Of a stretch of 60,006 nt of DNA, positions 44,739 through 54,441 are shown one piece after another. A program made the translations under genes and the position numbers. A model generated the notes under the pieces. That model made no database searches and was not told the DNA's origin. It worked only from the letters and a program-made list of their open reading frames with translations. The first letter of the stretch is position 1. The number at the start of each line of letters is the position of its first letter. Source of the DNA: Verrucomicrobiia bacterium (GTDB taxonomy: Bacteria > Verrucomicrobiota > Verrucomicrobiia > Palsa-1439); contig JBEKYJ010000003.1 of the NCBI GenBank assembly GCA_049511095.1, forward strand, positions 1 through 60,006. The letters run 5' to 3'.

Positions 44739-46220
44739 TCACCCACCCGTCAGCTTGTTGTACTTCGAATACGGGTACCAGTACGGCTTGATCTCTTGTT
44801 TGTAATCGAGGTGGACGTGCTTGGTTTCGCGGAATTCGTCGAGGCCTTCCTCGCCGAGTTCGCGGCTGTGGCCGGTCTGGCGCATCCCGCCGAACGGTCC
44901 GGCATCGTTGTCGCTGAGCGGGTCGTTGATCCAGAACGTGCCGGCGGTGATCTGCTCCATCGCCTTCATCGCCCATTCCATGTTGTTGGTGTAGAGGTTC
45001 GCGCCGAGGCCATAGTTGCTATCGTTGGCCAACTCGATGGCGTGATCGATGTCTTTGACGCGCATGATCGGCAGAATCGGGCCGAACGTCTCGGTGTGGA
45101 CGAGCCGCATCTTCTGTTTCACGTTCACCACCACGGTCGGCTCGTAGAAGAAACCTTTTTTGAACTTTGGTGAACGCCGTCCGCCGCACAGGATCTTCGC
45201 GCCGTCGCGCACCGCCTCCTTCACGCGTGACTGAACGTCCTCCAACTGCTTGAGATTGATCATCGGGCCGATGTCGGTGTTCGGATCGAGCCCGTTGCCG
45301 AGCTTGAGGGATTTCGTGAACTTCACGACACGCTGGGTAAACTCCTCGGCGATCCCGTCGAAGACGTAGATGCGCTTGGCGCTGGTGCACACCTGGCCCG
45401 CGTTGAGAAACGCGGCCCAACAGCACGCGCGGCTGGCGATGTCCAGATCGGCGTCGCTGCAGACGATAAACGGGTCGTTGCCGCCGAGTTCGCCGTGGAA
45501 TTTCTTCACTTGCGCCGCGCATAGTTGGCCGATGCGCTGGCCGGTTTCGGTCGAGCCGGTCAGTGCGATCAAATCCGTGCCGGGATGCTTCACCAACGCC
45601 TCGCCGATTTCTTTGCCGGAGCCTGTCACGATGTTGACGACGCCCGCGGGCAGGTGCGCACCAAAGATGTCCGCGAGATCAAGCGTCGAGAGCGGCGTTT
45701 CATAGCTCGGCTTGAGGATGACGGTGTTGCCAGCCATCAGCGCGGGCGCGACCTTCCACACCATCAACAGCAGCGGATAATTCCACGGGATGATGCCGAC
45801 GACAACGCCGTACGGTTCCTTGATGGTGAAATTGACCTGATGATGAAATGTTGGCGGCAGCGAAGCGCCGCGCGAGTTGCGGCCGATCTCGGCATAGTAA
45901 TCAAAACACGCGGCGACCCACTCGACTTCGTCACGATTCTCGCAGAAGGGCTTGCCTCCTTCCTGCGTCATGACCGTGGCGAGTTCCTTCTGGCGGGCGC
46001 GCAGGTCGCGGGCAATCGCATGGAGCATCTGCGCCTTTTCGACGGCGGGCACCCAACGCCAGGATTTGAAGGCCTCGCGCGCGGCGTGCACGGCGCGGTC
46101 GGCATCCGCGGCGGTGCCCCGCGTCACGTGGTCGATGATTTCTTCGGTGGCGGGATTGATGACAGCGATTCGGTCGCGGTTGGATTTGAGCCACTGGCCT
46201 CCGACCCAATGGTATCTCAT
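44739..46220 (-). CDS. NAD(P)-dependent aldehyde dehydrogenase (paralogue 3)
   Basis: HGELGGNDPFIV and NAGQVCTSAKR. Confidence 0.9.
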   Translation of the reverse strand: MRYHWVGGQWLKSNRDRIAVINPATEEIIDHVTRGTAADADRAVHAAREAFKSWRWVPAVEKAQMLHAIARDLRARQKELATVMTQEGGKPFCENRDEVEWVAACFDYYAEIGRNSRGASLPPTFHHQVNFTIKEPYGVVVGIIPWNYPLLLMVWKVAPALMAGNTVILKPSYETPLSTLDLADIFGAHLPAGVVNIVTGSGKEIGEALVKHPGTDLIALTGSTETGQRIGQLCAAQVKKFHGELGGNDPFIVCSDADLDIASRACCWAAFLNAGQVCTSAKRIYVFDGIAEEFTQRVVKFTKSLKLGNGLDPNTDIGPMINLKQLEDVQSRVKEAVRDGAKILCGGRRSPKFKKGFFYEPTVVVNVKQKMRLVHTETFGPILPIMRVKDIDHAIELANDSNYGLGANLYTNNMEWAMKAMEQITAGTFWINDPLSDNDAGPFGGMRQTGHSRELGEEGLDEFRETKHVHLDYKQEIKPYWYPYSKYNKLTGG

Positions 46221-46223
46221 CGG

Positions 46224-47710
46224 CTAAGCTCCTTTGCCGTCCTTCGCGTCTTTGGCTTCCTTGGCGTCCTTCGCGTCCTTTGTATCTTTTGCTTCCTTGG
46301 CGTCTTTCGCGTCTTTGTCTTTGGCTTCCCGCTCCTTGGAGGCCTTTTCCCTGGCTTCCTTGTCGAGCTGCTTTTCAATCTGCTTCAGCGCGTCCCCCAA
46401 CTTATCGAGCATCTCGTCGAGCAGTTCGTAACTGATATTCAGCGCGGGTTCGATGCGGATTGTGCGGGCGCTGAGAAGCGTGCCCGCGACGAGCACCCCG
46501 CGCTTGAACAAGGCCGCTGCCACGCGATAGCCGAGGAAGCGGTCGGTGAATTCGAGACCGATGAGCAATCCTTTGCCGCGAACCTGCTTGAGGAGGTCGG
46601 GGTACAACGCTTGCAGCGAGCCAAGCCGCTTCATGAGATACGGAGAAATGGATTGTCCTCGAGCACCTTCCAAATCTTCGGAGTACTCATGAACGCGCTG
46701 AGCGGCATCACGCCACCGCCGAGCGCTTTGCCGAGACAAAGGATATCGGGCACGACATTCCAGTGCTGGCACGCGAACACCTTGCCGGTGCGGCCCATGC
46801 CCGTCTGCACCTCATCCAAGATCAGCAACACGCCGTATTCGTCACAGAGCTGGCGCACCCGCGGCAGGTAATCATCCGGTGGCACCACGGCACCCGCCTC
46901 GCCCTGCACCGGTTCCAGAATGATCGCCGCAATGTCCTCGCCGAGATCCATGAGCTTCTTGAGTTCGCGCTCGAGGTCCTTGATGTCGCCGTAATCGACA
47001 AAATAGACGTCCGACAGCAATGGTTGGAACGGTTTGCGGTACACGGCGCGGCCCATCACGGAGAGTGAGCCCATCGACTTGCCATGGAACCCGCCTGTGG
47101 TGGAGATGAAACCAGTTTTCTTGGTGTAGAGCCGCGCCAGTTTCAACGCGCCCTCTACGGCATCGGTCCCGTTGCTGATGAAAAAACATTCCTGCAAGTC
47201 GCCCGGCGCGAGCTCGCCTAGCAATTCCGCGAGAAAACCACGCAACGGGTCGAGCAGTTCCTGCGAGGAAAGTGGCATCCGATCAAGCTGGGCCTTGACC
47301 GCCGCGATGATCTTCGGGTGGCGGATGCCCATGTTGTAGACACCAAAACCGCCCAGGCAATCGATGAACTTGCGCCCCATGATGTCCTCGATGATCGAGC
47401 CTTCGCCCGTCCATTCGATCGCCGCGAAGTCCTCGGCTTCCGCAACGGACTTGCGATAGTGGAGGAAGCCACGGTTGAAGTAGTCGTCGAAATTCTCCAG
47501 CGTGTGGGTGATGATGCGGTTCTTGTCTTCCGGATCGAGCTTCTTCCCCGCGCTGACGGTTTCCAGGTAGTCCGCGGACTTGCGGCGAATTTCCTCAATG
47601 CTGCTGAGTTTCGTCACCTCGCGAACACCTTGAGCAGAACTCACCGTCTCGACTGCCGAGGCGTCTTCAGCTTTCGCGGTTTCTTGAACTTTCTCATCCA
47701 TAACATTCAT
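46224..47710 (-). pseudogene. PatA/YgjG-like putrescine aminotransferase disrupted by an internal deletion plus frameshift near 46641-46645
   Basis: ORF 46631-47710 ends ...VLEDNPFL-RIS-stop. ORF 46224-46772, in another frame, resumes at YLMKRLGSLQALYPDLLKQVRGKG. The [10 protein letters not shown]...block expected between them is absent. Confidence 0.8.
46227..46364 (-). repeat. low-complexity K/D/A/E repeat tail (AKDAKE-like units) at the 3-prime end of the aminotransferase frame
   Basis: DKEAREKASKEREAKDKDAKDAKEAKDTKDAKDAKEAKDAKDGKGA. The nucleotide periodicity is visible at 46230-46330. Confidence 0.8.
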
Positions 47711-47802
47711 CTTCCGTCGGCCACTTTACCATATCACAATCGACAGCCAACAGCCAGAGAAATGTGTAAGTAATTTATATGCAGCATTTTACACGCAACG
47801 TA

Positions 47803-47844
47803 TGCAAAACAAAACAGCCATGGCCGCACTGCTGCGACCATGGC
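47803..47844 (-). terminator. putative intrinsic terminator of the porin gene
   Basis: On the minus strand a hairpin runs 47844-47817 (GCCATGGTCGC / GCGGCCATGGC arms; 10 bp with one mismatch, 6-nt loop). It is followed by TGTTTTGTTTTG. It lies about 30 nt after the porin stop. Confidence 0.55.
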
Positions 47845-47874
47845 GCCAAAGCCCTCTCGATCTAGCCGTTCTGG

Positions 47875-49179
47875 CTAAAAGCTGTAAACTGCGCCCATCC
47901 CGATGGTGACTTGCGAGTCGTGACCGTCAAAAGCCGTATTGAGCGACGAGTGATCCCAACGAAGCTCGGGGGCAAGTTTCATCCCATCGACGGGCTTGAA
48001 GTTCACCGTAAGTGTCAGACTGGTAAGCTCTTGGCCGTTGTTTGCGGGGAACGGCGCCAGCGATGGTGCGAGGGATGTCCGAACACCATCCTGATCCTTG
48101 AAGTAGTCGGCTCGCCCTGCCACGTTCCATTTTGTGTCAAACGTGTAGACCAGCCAACCGCCGAGGCCATACCATTCAGCCTTCTTGCCGTTAAGGTCAG
48201 CCCCATCCTCAGCGCCATAGTCCAACTGGACAACCCCTTCCACTTTGGGCGTAAATTTTTGGTCGTACCAGAAGTCGACACCCTTGCGCCAGTTGGCGCT
48301 GCTGCCATCCTGTTCGGGGCCACCGAAGCCGGTCAATGCCATACTGATCTTGTCGTTCATCGTATAGGTGGCTGTGCCCATGAACGACTTGGCATTGTTA
48401 TTGTCAATGACAACGTCCCAACCATTCATGACCATCGCTTTCAACTCCAATTCAGTTGTTAGCTGATACGACAGCATCACACCGGTGTGGGTGAATGGCT
48501 CGGCAAAGGCCCATAGATTGCCTCCCGACCAGTTAAAGTTCTCTTCCGTGAACGTGGACTCATAGCCCATGGTCGTGCCGCATTTGCCAAACATCACTTT
48601 CAGACCACTGCCCACGGGCACATTCACGGTCACATTCGCCTCAAACAGATCTCCCTGATTCCCCAAGCTCAACCCCGCGGCCTGCGTGAACTCCGCATCC
48701 TGCCCGAAAATCAATTTGGCCGTGTAGCCTGCCTTCCAGTCAAATGCGTTGTAGTCAACGGGTTTGTCGATGCGCACCACCAGCTTGTTGGCCATGAACT
48801 GGTCCGCCCGCGCGTCGAAGCCGCGCCCCGTGTTCTCATTATTGTCGGGCCTGTTGAAATTATAGAAATACGAGGAGGAAACGTAGCCGTTAATCTCGGT
48901 CTGCTTCAGAAAGCTCACAGTGGCATCGGGCATGTCGCTCTTCGCCAGATACACGTCCTGTGTGCTTTTCAGTTCCAGCAAGGATAGCCGGCGCTCCAAC
49001 GCGGTATTGTGCTCCTTCTCCTCGTCGTACTGCTGTTTTTGTTGTTCGTACAACTTCTTCCAGTCCGGCTCAGTTGTGGAACTTGTGGGGGTGGAACTCG
49101 GCGCATCGGCAAGTACGAACAACGGGGTGCTCACGGACAACACAGACATCAGACACACGACCGCCATGGCTCTTTTCAT
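47875..49179 (-). CDS. outer-membrane beta-barrel porin-like protein
   Basis: Signal peptide. N-terminal coiled-coil (KKLYEQQKQQYDEEKEH). Alternating amphipathic beta-strand pattern. C-terminal ...GMGAVYSF with terminal Phe. Confidence 0.7.
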   Translation of the reverse strand: MKRAMAVVCLMSVLSVSTPLFVLADAPSSTPTSSTTEPDWKKLYEQQKQQYDEEKEHNTALERRLSLLELKSTQDVYLAKSDMPDATVSFLKQTEINGYVSSSYFYNFNRPDNNENTGRGFDARADQFMANKLVVRIDKPVDYNAFDWKAGYTAKLIFGQDAEFTQAAGLSLGNQGDLFEANVTVNVPVGSGLKVMFGKCGTTMGYESTFTEENFNWSGGNLWAFAEPFTHTGVMLSYQLTTELELKAMVMNGWDVVIDNNNAKSFMGTATYTMNDKISMALTGFGGPEQDGSSANWRKGVDFWYDQKFTPKVEGVVQLDYGAEDGADLNGKKAEWYGLGGWLVYTFDTKWNVAGRADYFKDQDGVRTSLAPSLAPFPANNGQELTSLTLTVNFKPVDGMKLAPELRWDHSSLNTAFDGHDSQVTIGMGAVYSF

Positions 49180-49324
49180 GCGCTCCTCCTGATCGTTTGG
49201 CTGCTATCGTCGAGCTTCTAATTCCGCGTGACTTTTGTCAAGCCCGCAAAACTAGGAAATTTTTTATCGCCTTGTCGCCCTCTTCTGCTATGGTTAAGCG
49301 ACGCTGCAACTCGGTGAAGTGAGC

Positions 49325-50419
49325 ATGGCGAACGACACCGCAGCAATCGAAGTCGAGAATCTGGTGAGGCGATTCGGCGACGTGGAGGCTCTTTCCCATG
49401 TCAGTGTCACGATTCGCAAAGGAGAGTTTTTTTCATTGCTCGGCCCCTCGGGTTGCGGCAAGACCACACTGCTGCGCATCGTCGGCGGCCTCGATGTGGC
49501 CGATGAAGGCCTCGTTCGTATCGACGGCGTCGATGCCGCGGAAATTCCCGCGCACAAGCGCCCGGTCAACACCGTCTTCCAATCCTACGCCCTCTTCCCT
49601 CACCTGACCGTGTACGACAACATCGCGTTCGGCTTGCGCATGAAGAAAGTGTCCAAACCTGAAATCGTCGACCGCGTGAAAAAAGTCATGGACCTCGTCG
49701 AAATCGCCGTCTTGGCCAGCCGCAAGCCCTCCCAGCTTTCCGGCGGACAGAAACAACGCGTCGCGCTCGCTCGCGCCATCGTCAACGAGCCGCAAGTGCT
49801 GTTGCTCGACGAACCACTGGGCGCGCTCGACCTGAAGCTGCGCAAGCAATTGCAGGTGGAATTGCTCAACCTCCAGCGCCGGCTCGGCATCACCTTCATC
49901 TACGTCACCCACGACCAGGAAGAGGCCCTCGTCATGAGCGATCGCATTGCGGTCATGCGCATGGGCAAGATCGAACAAATGGGTGAGTCCGAGTCGCTCT
50001 ACGAACGTCCGCGCACGCGCTACGTAAGCCAGTTTCTCGGCTCCTGCAACCTGATCGATGCCACCGTCAAACGCCGCGGCCAAAACGACGCCATCGTGGA
50101 TTCTCCCGTCGGCGAATTGCACGTCGAGTTCGGCAAACTGCCGACCGAAACTTCGAAGCGCGACAAGTTTACTCTGGCGATCCGCCCGGAGAAGGTGACG
50201 CTCAGCCCCCCCACCGAGAGCCAGGGTGAGAATCGCGTCAAGGTGCGCGTCGAACAACTCATCTATGTCGGCTCGGAAACGCATTACATCCTTCACGCCG
50301 GGCCACAGACGCTTTCCGCGGAGGCGATGAACGTGAAGGTCGGCTCGCAGGGGTTCGATATCGGTCAGGAAGCCGTGGCGTACCTGCCGGCTGGCGGACT
50401 GTTGGTGCTCGATGACTGA
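49325..50419 (+). CDS. potA: spermidine/putrescine ABC transporter ATP-binding protein
   Basis: Walker A GPSGCGKTT, signature LSGGQKQR, Walker B LLLDEPLGALD, plus a C-terminal TOBE-like domain. Confidence 0.93.
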   Translation: MANDTAAIEVENLVRRFGDVEALSHVSVTIRKGEFFSLLGPSGCGKTTLLRIVGGLDVADEGLVRIDGVDAAEIPAHKRPVNTVFQSYALFPHLTVYDNIAFGLRMKKVSKPEIVDRVKKVMDLVEIAVLASRKPSQLSGGQKQRVALARAIVNEPQVLLLDEPLGALDLKLRKQLQVELLNLQRRLGITFIYVTHDQEEALVMSDRIAVMRMGKIEQMGESESLYERPRTRYVSQFLGSCNLIDATVKRRGQNDAIVDSPVGELHVEFGKLPTETSKRDKFTLAIRPEKVTLSPPTESQGENRVKVRVEQLIYVGSETHYILHAGPQTLSAEAMNVKVGSQGFDIGQEAVAYLPAGGLLVLDD

Positions 50420-50500
50420 GGCCCTGATATGAGGCCACCGAAATGCCGGGCGGCTTCCCCCACGGCATCGCGGAGGTAGGGAAACCCCAATAGACAGCGC

Positions 50501-51421
50501 ATGCCAAACAACTCCAAAGGCGAGATCAAATTCGGCGAAAGCCTGACGATGCGGGGGCAACTCGTCCGCTCCGCCTTCACCAGCGGACCGGGGATCTGGT
50601 GGGTCACGGGCTTCCTGCTGCTACCACTCATCTTCATCCTCGTGCTCAGCTTCATGACCCGCGGCGAGTACGGCGGTCAGGGACTGCCGTTCACCGGCGA
50701 GAACTACAAGCGCTTCTTGGGCTTTGGGTTCTTCGGGTTCGACATGCTCTACCCGCAAATCATCGTGCGCAGCCTCCTGCTCGGGGCGGGCACCACGCTG
50801 CTCTGCATGCTGGCTGGAACGCCGCTGGCGTTCTTCATCGGTGCCATGCCCCAACGCTACCGCAACATGGCCCTGACCCTTGTGCTGATCCCGTTCTGGA
50901 CGAATCTGTTGATCCGCACCTACGCCTGGGAGATCATGTTCGCTCCCGAAAGCTGGCTCACCCGGGCGTTCGCCCTACTCGGATTCGTCCCGCCGGGGCA
51001 ACCGTTGTATCCCAGCGCGTTCGCCATCTACGTCGGTATGGTGTGCGATTACCTGCCGTTTCTCGTGCTCCCCCTCTATGCGTCGGTCGAGAAAATCGAT
51101 TGGAGCATCGCCGAGGCGGCCATGGATCTGGGCGCGGATGGCCGCCGCGTCTTCTGGCACGCTGTTCTGCCGCAGGTGGTTCCCGGCTTGGTGGCCGGCA
51201 TCATCTTCGTCCTGATTCCCGCCACCGGGCAATTCGTCATCCCCGATCTGCTCGGCGGCGCCAAAACGGTCATGCTCGGCAATGCCATCCAGCAACAATT
51301 CCTCCAAAGCCGCGACTGGCCGTTTGGCTCGGCCATCACCGTCTTCGGAATGGGCGCGGTCATGATCGGGCTGTGGGTATATGCCCGCATCGCCGGCGAG
51401 AAAGGCGGTGACATCCTGTGA
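50501..51421 (+). CDS. potB: spermidine/putrescine ABC transporter permease
   Basis: Six-TM BPD-type permease with an EAA loop (AEAAMDLGADGRRVFWHAVLP). Confidence 0.9.
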   Translation: MPNNSKGEIKFGESLTMRGQLVRSAFTSGPGIWWVTGFLLLPLIFILVLSFMTRGEYGGQGLPFTGENYKRFLGFGFFGFDMLYPQIIVRSLLLGAGTTLLCMLAGTPLAFFIGAMPQRYRNMALTLVLIPFWTNLLIRTYAWEIMFAPESWLTRAFALLGFVPPGQPLYPSAFAIYVGMVCDYLPFLVLPLYASVEKIDWSIAEAAMDLGADGRRVFWHAVLPQVVPGLVAGIIFVLIPATGQFVIPDLLGGAKTVMLGNAIQQQFLQSRDWPFGSAITVFGMGAVMIGLWVYARIAGEKGGDIL

Positions 51422-52218
51422 GACGATTGTCCCTGCCGCTGTGGCTGATCTCGGCGTCTCTCTACATATTCATGTACGCGCCCATCGTGGTCGTGATCAT
51501 CTTTTCCTTCAACGTGGCCAAACACGGTGGGCCTTGGATGGGATTCACGACGGAATGGTACGGCAAATTGCTCGACAGCCCCGATAAGATCGACGCCGCC
51601 AAGAACACGGCCGTTCTCGGCGTGATCAGCACGATCATCGCCACCATACTGGGGACCATGCTCGGTTACGGGCTGAGCCGGTACTGGTTTCCCGGCAAGA
51701 AACTGTTTTCCTGGCTCATGTACGTCCCGGTCGTGATCCCCGACATCGTGATGGCTGTGGCGATGCTGGCATTTTTCAAGCAACTCGGCATGGCGATCTC
51801 CTTTTTCACGATGGGCATGACGACCATGATCATCGCCCACATCACGTTTCAGATCCCGTTTGTGGCGATTGTCGTGCGGTCGCGGCTCGCGGGAATGGAC
51901 CCCGCCATCGAGGAGGCGGCGCACGATTTGGGCGCCAGCACGTGGCAGACGTTTTGGAACGTCACCTTCCCCTTGATGGTGCCGGGCGTGCTGGCGGGTG
52001 GGATGCTCGCTTTTACATTGAGCTTGGACGACTTTGTGGTTAGCTTCTTCACCACAGGACCAGGGGCAACCACATTGCCAATATTGATTTACTCGTCGGT
52101 CAAGCGCGGCATCACGCCGGACATCAACGCGTTGTCCACGTTGATTGTGCTGGCGTCGGTCATCGGAACCGTCGGGGTCACGATGTTTCAGCGACCCCGC
52201 CAACCATCAGGAGGCTAA
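51418..52218 (+). CDS. potC: spermidine/putrescine ABC transporter permease
   Basis: GTGA overlap with potB. EAA loop EEAAHDLGASTWQTFWNVTFP. Confidence 0.9.
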   Translation: MRRLSLPLWLISASLYIFMYAPIVVVIIFSFNVAKHGGPWMGFTTEWYGKLLDSPDKIDAAKNTAVLGVISTIIATILGTMLGYGLSRYWFPGKKLFSWLMYVPVVIPDIVMAVAMLAFFKQLGMAISFFTMGMTTMIIAHITFQIPFVAIVVRSRLAGMDPAIEEAAHDLGASTWQTFWNVTFPLMVPGVLAGGMLAFTLSLDDFVVSFFTTGPGATTLPILIYSSVKRGITPDINALSTLIVLASVIGTVGVTMFQRPRQPSGG

Positions 52219-52220
52219 CC

Positions 52221-53273
52221 ATGTTCAAGCGTCTCATGCTTATCGCGATTTCGCTGCTGCTCACGGCTTCGGCGTGGGCGCAGAAGAACAAAATGAATCT
52301 CTACATCTGGAGCGAGTACATCGACCCGAAGATCATCCAGAATTTCGAGAAGGAGTTCGACTGCAAGGTCACCGTTGACCTCTACGAGGACAACGAAAGC
52401 ATGATGGCCAAACTGGAGGGGGGCGGCGATTCGCTCTACGACGTCTGCGTCCCGTCCGATTACATCATCCCGGCGTTGATCAAGAATGGACTGTTGGCGC
52501 CGTTGCGGAAAGAAAATATCCCCAACATGAAGAACATGGATCCGAAATTCGCCAACCGTGAGTATGATCCCGGCAACAAGTTCACCGCGCCTTACCAGTG
52601 GGGCACCGTCGGCCTCTACGTTCACCGGAAACCCGGCGAAACCATCGACGAGACTTGGGGACTCATCTTCGATCCCAAGAAACAAATCGGCTCGTTCCTG
52701 ATGATCGATGACAGCCGCAGCGCGATCGGCGCCGCGCTCAAGTACAAAGGCGTTTCCCTGGGGACAACCTACAGCCTGAACACGACGGACAAGAAACAAA
52801 TGAAAGAGGCCCGCGACCTCCTGATCGAAGCCAAGAAACGCTCAATGGGTTTCGAAGGTGGCGTCGGCATCAAGAATAAAGTCCTCGCCAAGGTCTGCAA
52901 AGTCGGCATGGTCTACAATGGCGACGCCGTTCGGGGCATGAAGGAAGATCCCTCGACCTATTTCTTCGTCCCGCGTGAAGGCACCGAAATCTGGCTCGAT
53001 AACATGGCCATCCCCGCCAAGGCTCCGCATCGCGACATGGCCGAGAAATTCCTCAATTACATTCTCGACGCCAAGGTCGGCGCGCAGCTCTCGAACTTCA
53101 ACCAGTACGCCACGCCCAACCTTGCGGCGAGGGAGTTCATCACCCCGGCCGACCTGAAGAACGTCGCCATCTATCCGTCAGAGGACCAGATGAAGGTGCT
53201 TGAACCCGTAAAAGACCTCGGCTCCAAGACGGGTTGGTACGACGAACTCTGGACCGGCATCAAGTCGAAGTAG
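52221..53273 (+). CDS. potD: polyamine ABC transporter periplasmic substrate-binding protein (PotD/PotF family)
   Basis: Signal peptide. LYIWSEYIDP, YDVCVPSDY, YQWGTVG motifs. Confidence 0.9.
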   Translation: MFKRLMLIAISLLLTASAWAQKNKMNLYIWSEYIDPKIIQNFEKEFDCKVTVDLYEDNESMMAKLEGGGDSLYDVCVPSDYIIPALIKNGLLAPLRKENIPNMKNMDPKFANREYDPGNKFTAPYQWGTVGLYVHRKPGETIDETWGLIFDPKKQIGSFLMIDDSRSAIGAALKYKGVSLGTTYSLNTTDKKQMKEARDLLIEAKKRSMGFEGGVGIKNKVLAKVCKVGMVYNGDAVRGMKEDPSTYFFVPREGTEIWLDNMAIPAKAPHRDMAEKFLNYILDAKVGAQLSNFNQYATPNLAAREFITPADLKNVAIYPSEDQMKVLEPVKDLGSKTGWYDELWTGIKSK

Positions 53274-53296
53274 CCGCGGCCTCGTGGCCGGACGCG

Positions 53297-54439
53297 CTAC
53301 TGGTTGACATGGATGACCTTGGCCGGAGGGAATCCGTTGAAGTACGTTGACGAGGCGTGGCTGTAGGCGCCGATGTTTTCGCTGTAAAGCAGGTCGCCAA
53401 GTTCGAGGTTGTCGGGCAGTTCCTCGGCCATCGACACCACGTCCAACGCATCGCAGGTCGGACCGAACACCGAAGAAATCTGTGTCGGCCCTTTCTTGAA
53501 CGCGTTCAAGTGGTAATGGCAATGATCAAAGATGACGCCGGAGAATGTGTGATACACGCCGTCGTCAATGTAGTAGCAGAGCTTTCCGTCACGCACGGCT
53601 TTGCCGATGATCTTCGAAACCGCGATGCCCGCTGCCGCCACCATGAACCGTCCCGGCTCGGCGAGAATCTGAACGTCTTTGGGAAACAGCCGATCCAATT
53701 CGCGGTTGATGATTCTTGCCAATTCCCGGAACGGCTTGACCGTGGCATCGTACGGAGCCGGGAAGCCCCCGCCGATGTCGAGCAGGTTCATCTTTTTGTA
53801 TCCGCGATCCCGGGCTTCCTTGAAAATATTGGCGCTGAGGTTGATGGCTTGAACGTAGTTCTTGAAATTGGTCGTCTGGCTGCCCACGTGGAAACTCAAC
53901 CCCTCGACGACCAAGCCGGCCTTGTCGGCTTCGAGAATCAGATCCACTGCCTCCCCGGGCGCGGCGCCGAATTTCGAGGAGAGTTCGACCATCGCGCCGG
54001 TGTTCGCCACCTTCAGCCGTAGGGCCAAACCGGCATGAGGCGCGTACTTTCGGATTTTCCGGACTTCCTCGGCATTGTCGTAGGTTACCAAGGGATTGTA
54101 GTGGTCGAGTTCGGCCAGCGTCTCGTTGGCTTTGATCGGGTTGGCGTAGATGATCTTGTCCCAAATCCACTGCTGTCGTTTCTTGGCCGGCAGGTCTTTG
54201 ATGTTCTCACAAACGACGCGCAACTCCGGCAACGATGCCACATCGAAGCTGGCGCCCACTTTGAATAACGTGCGGACAATCTCGGGATCGGGGTTGGCTT
54301 TGACCGCGTAGTAGGCCTGCACACGCGGCAGGTACTCCTTGAATGTCGCGTAGCTGCGCCGCAATTCGTCGTGGTCGACCACGAACAGCGGGGTGCCGTG
54401 TTCGTTCGCGAGTTTCTTCAGCCTGCTGAGCGCAACCAT
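53297..54439 (-). CDS. PLP-dependent group IV decarboxylase, ornithine-decarboxylase-like
   Basis: GTPLFVVD, PLP-lysine context YYAVKANP, GGGFP, GPTCDALD. Confidence 0.88.
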   Translation of the reverse strand: MVALSRLKKLANEHGTPLFVVDHDELRRSYATFKEYLPRVQAYYAVKANPDPEIVRTLFKVGASFDVASLPELRVVCENIKDLPAKKRQQWIWDKIIYANPIKANETLAELDHYNPLVTYDNAEEVRKIRKYAPHAGLALRLKVANTGAMVELSSKFGAAPGEAVDLILEADKAGLVVEGLSFHVGSQTTNFKNYVQAINLSANIFKEARDRGYKKMNLLDIGGGFPAPYDATVKPFRELARIINRELDRLFPKDVQILAEPGRFMVAAAGIAVSKIIGKAVRDGKLCYYIDDGVYHTFSGVIFDHCHYHLNAFKKGPTQISSVFGPTCDALDVVSMAEELPDNLELGDLLYSENIGAYSHASSTYFNGFPPAKVIHVNQ

Positions 54440-54441
54440 CT

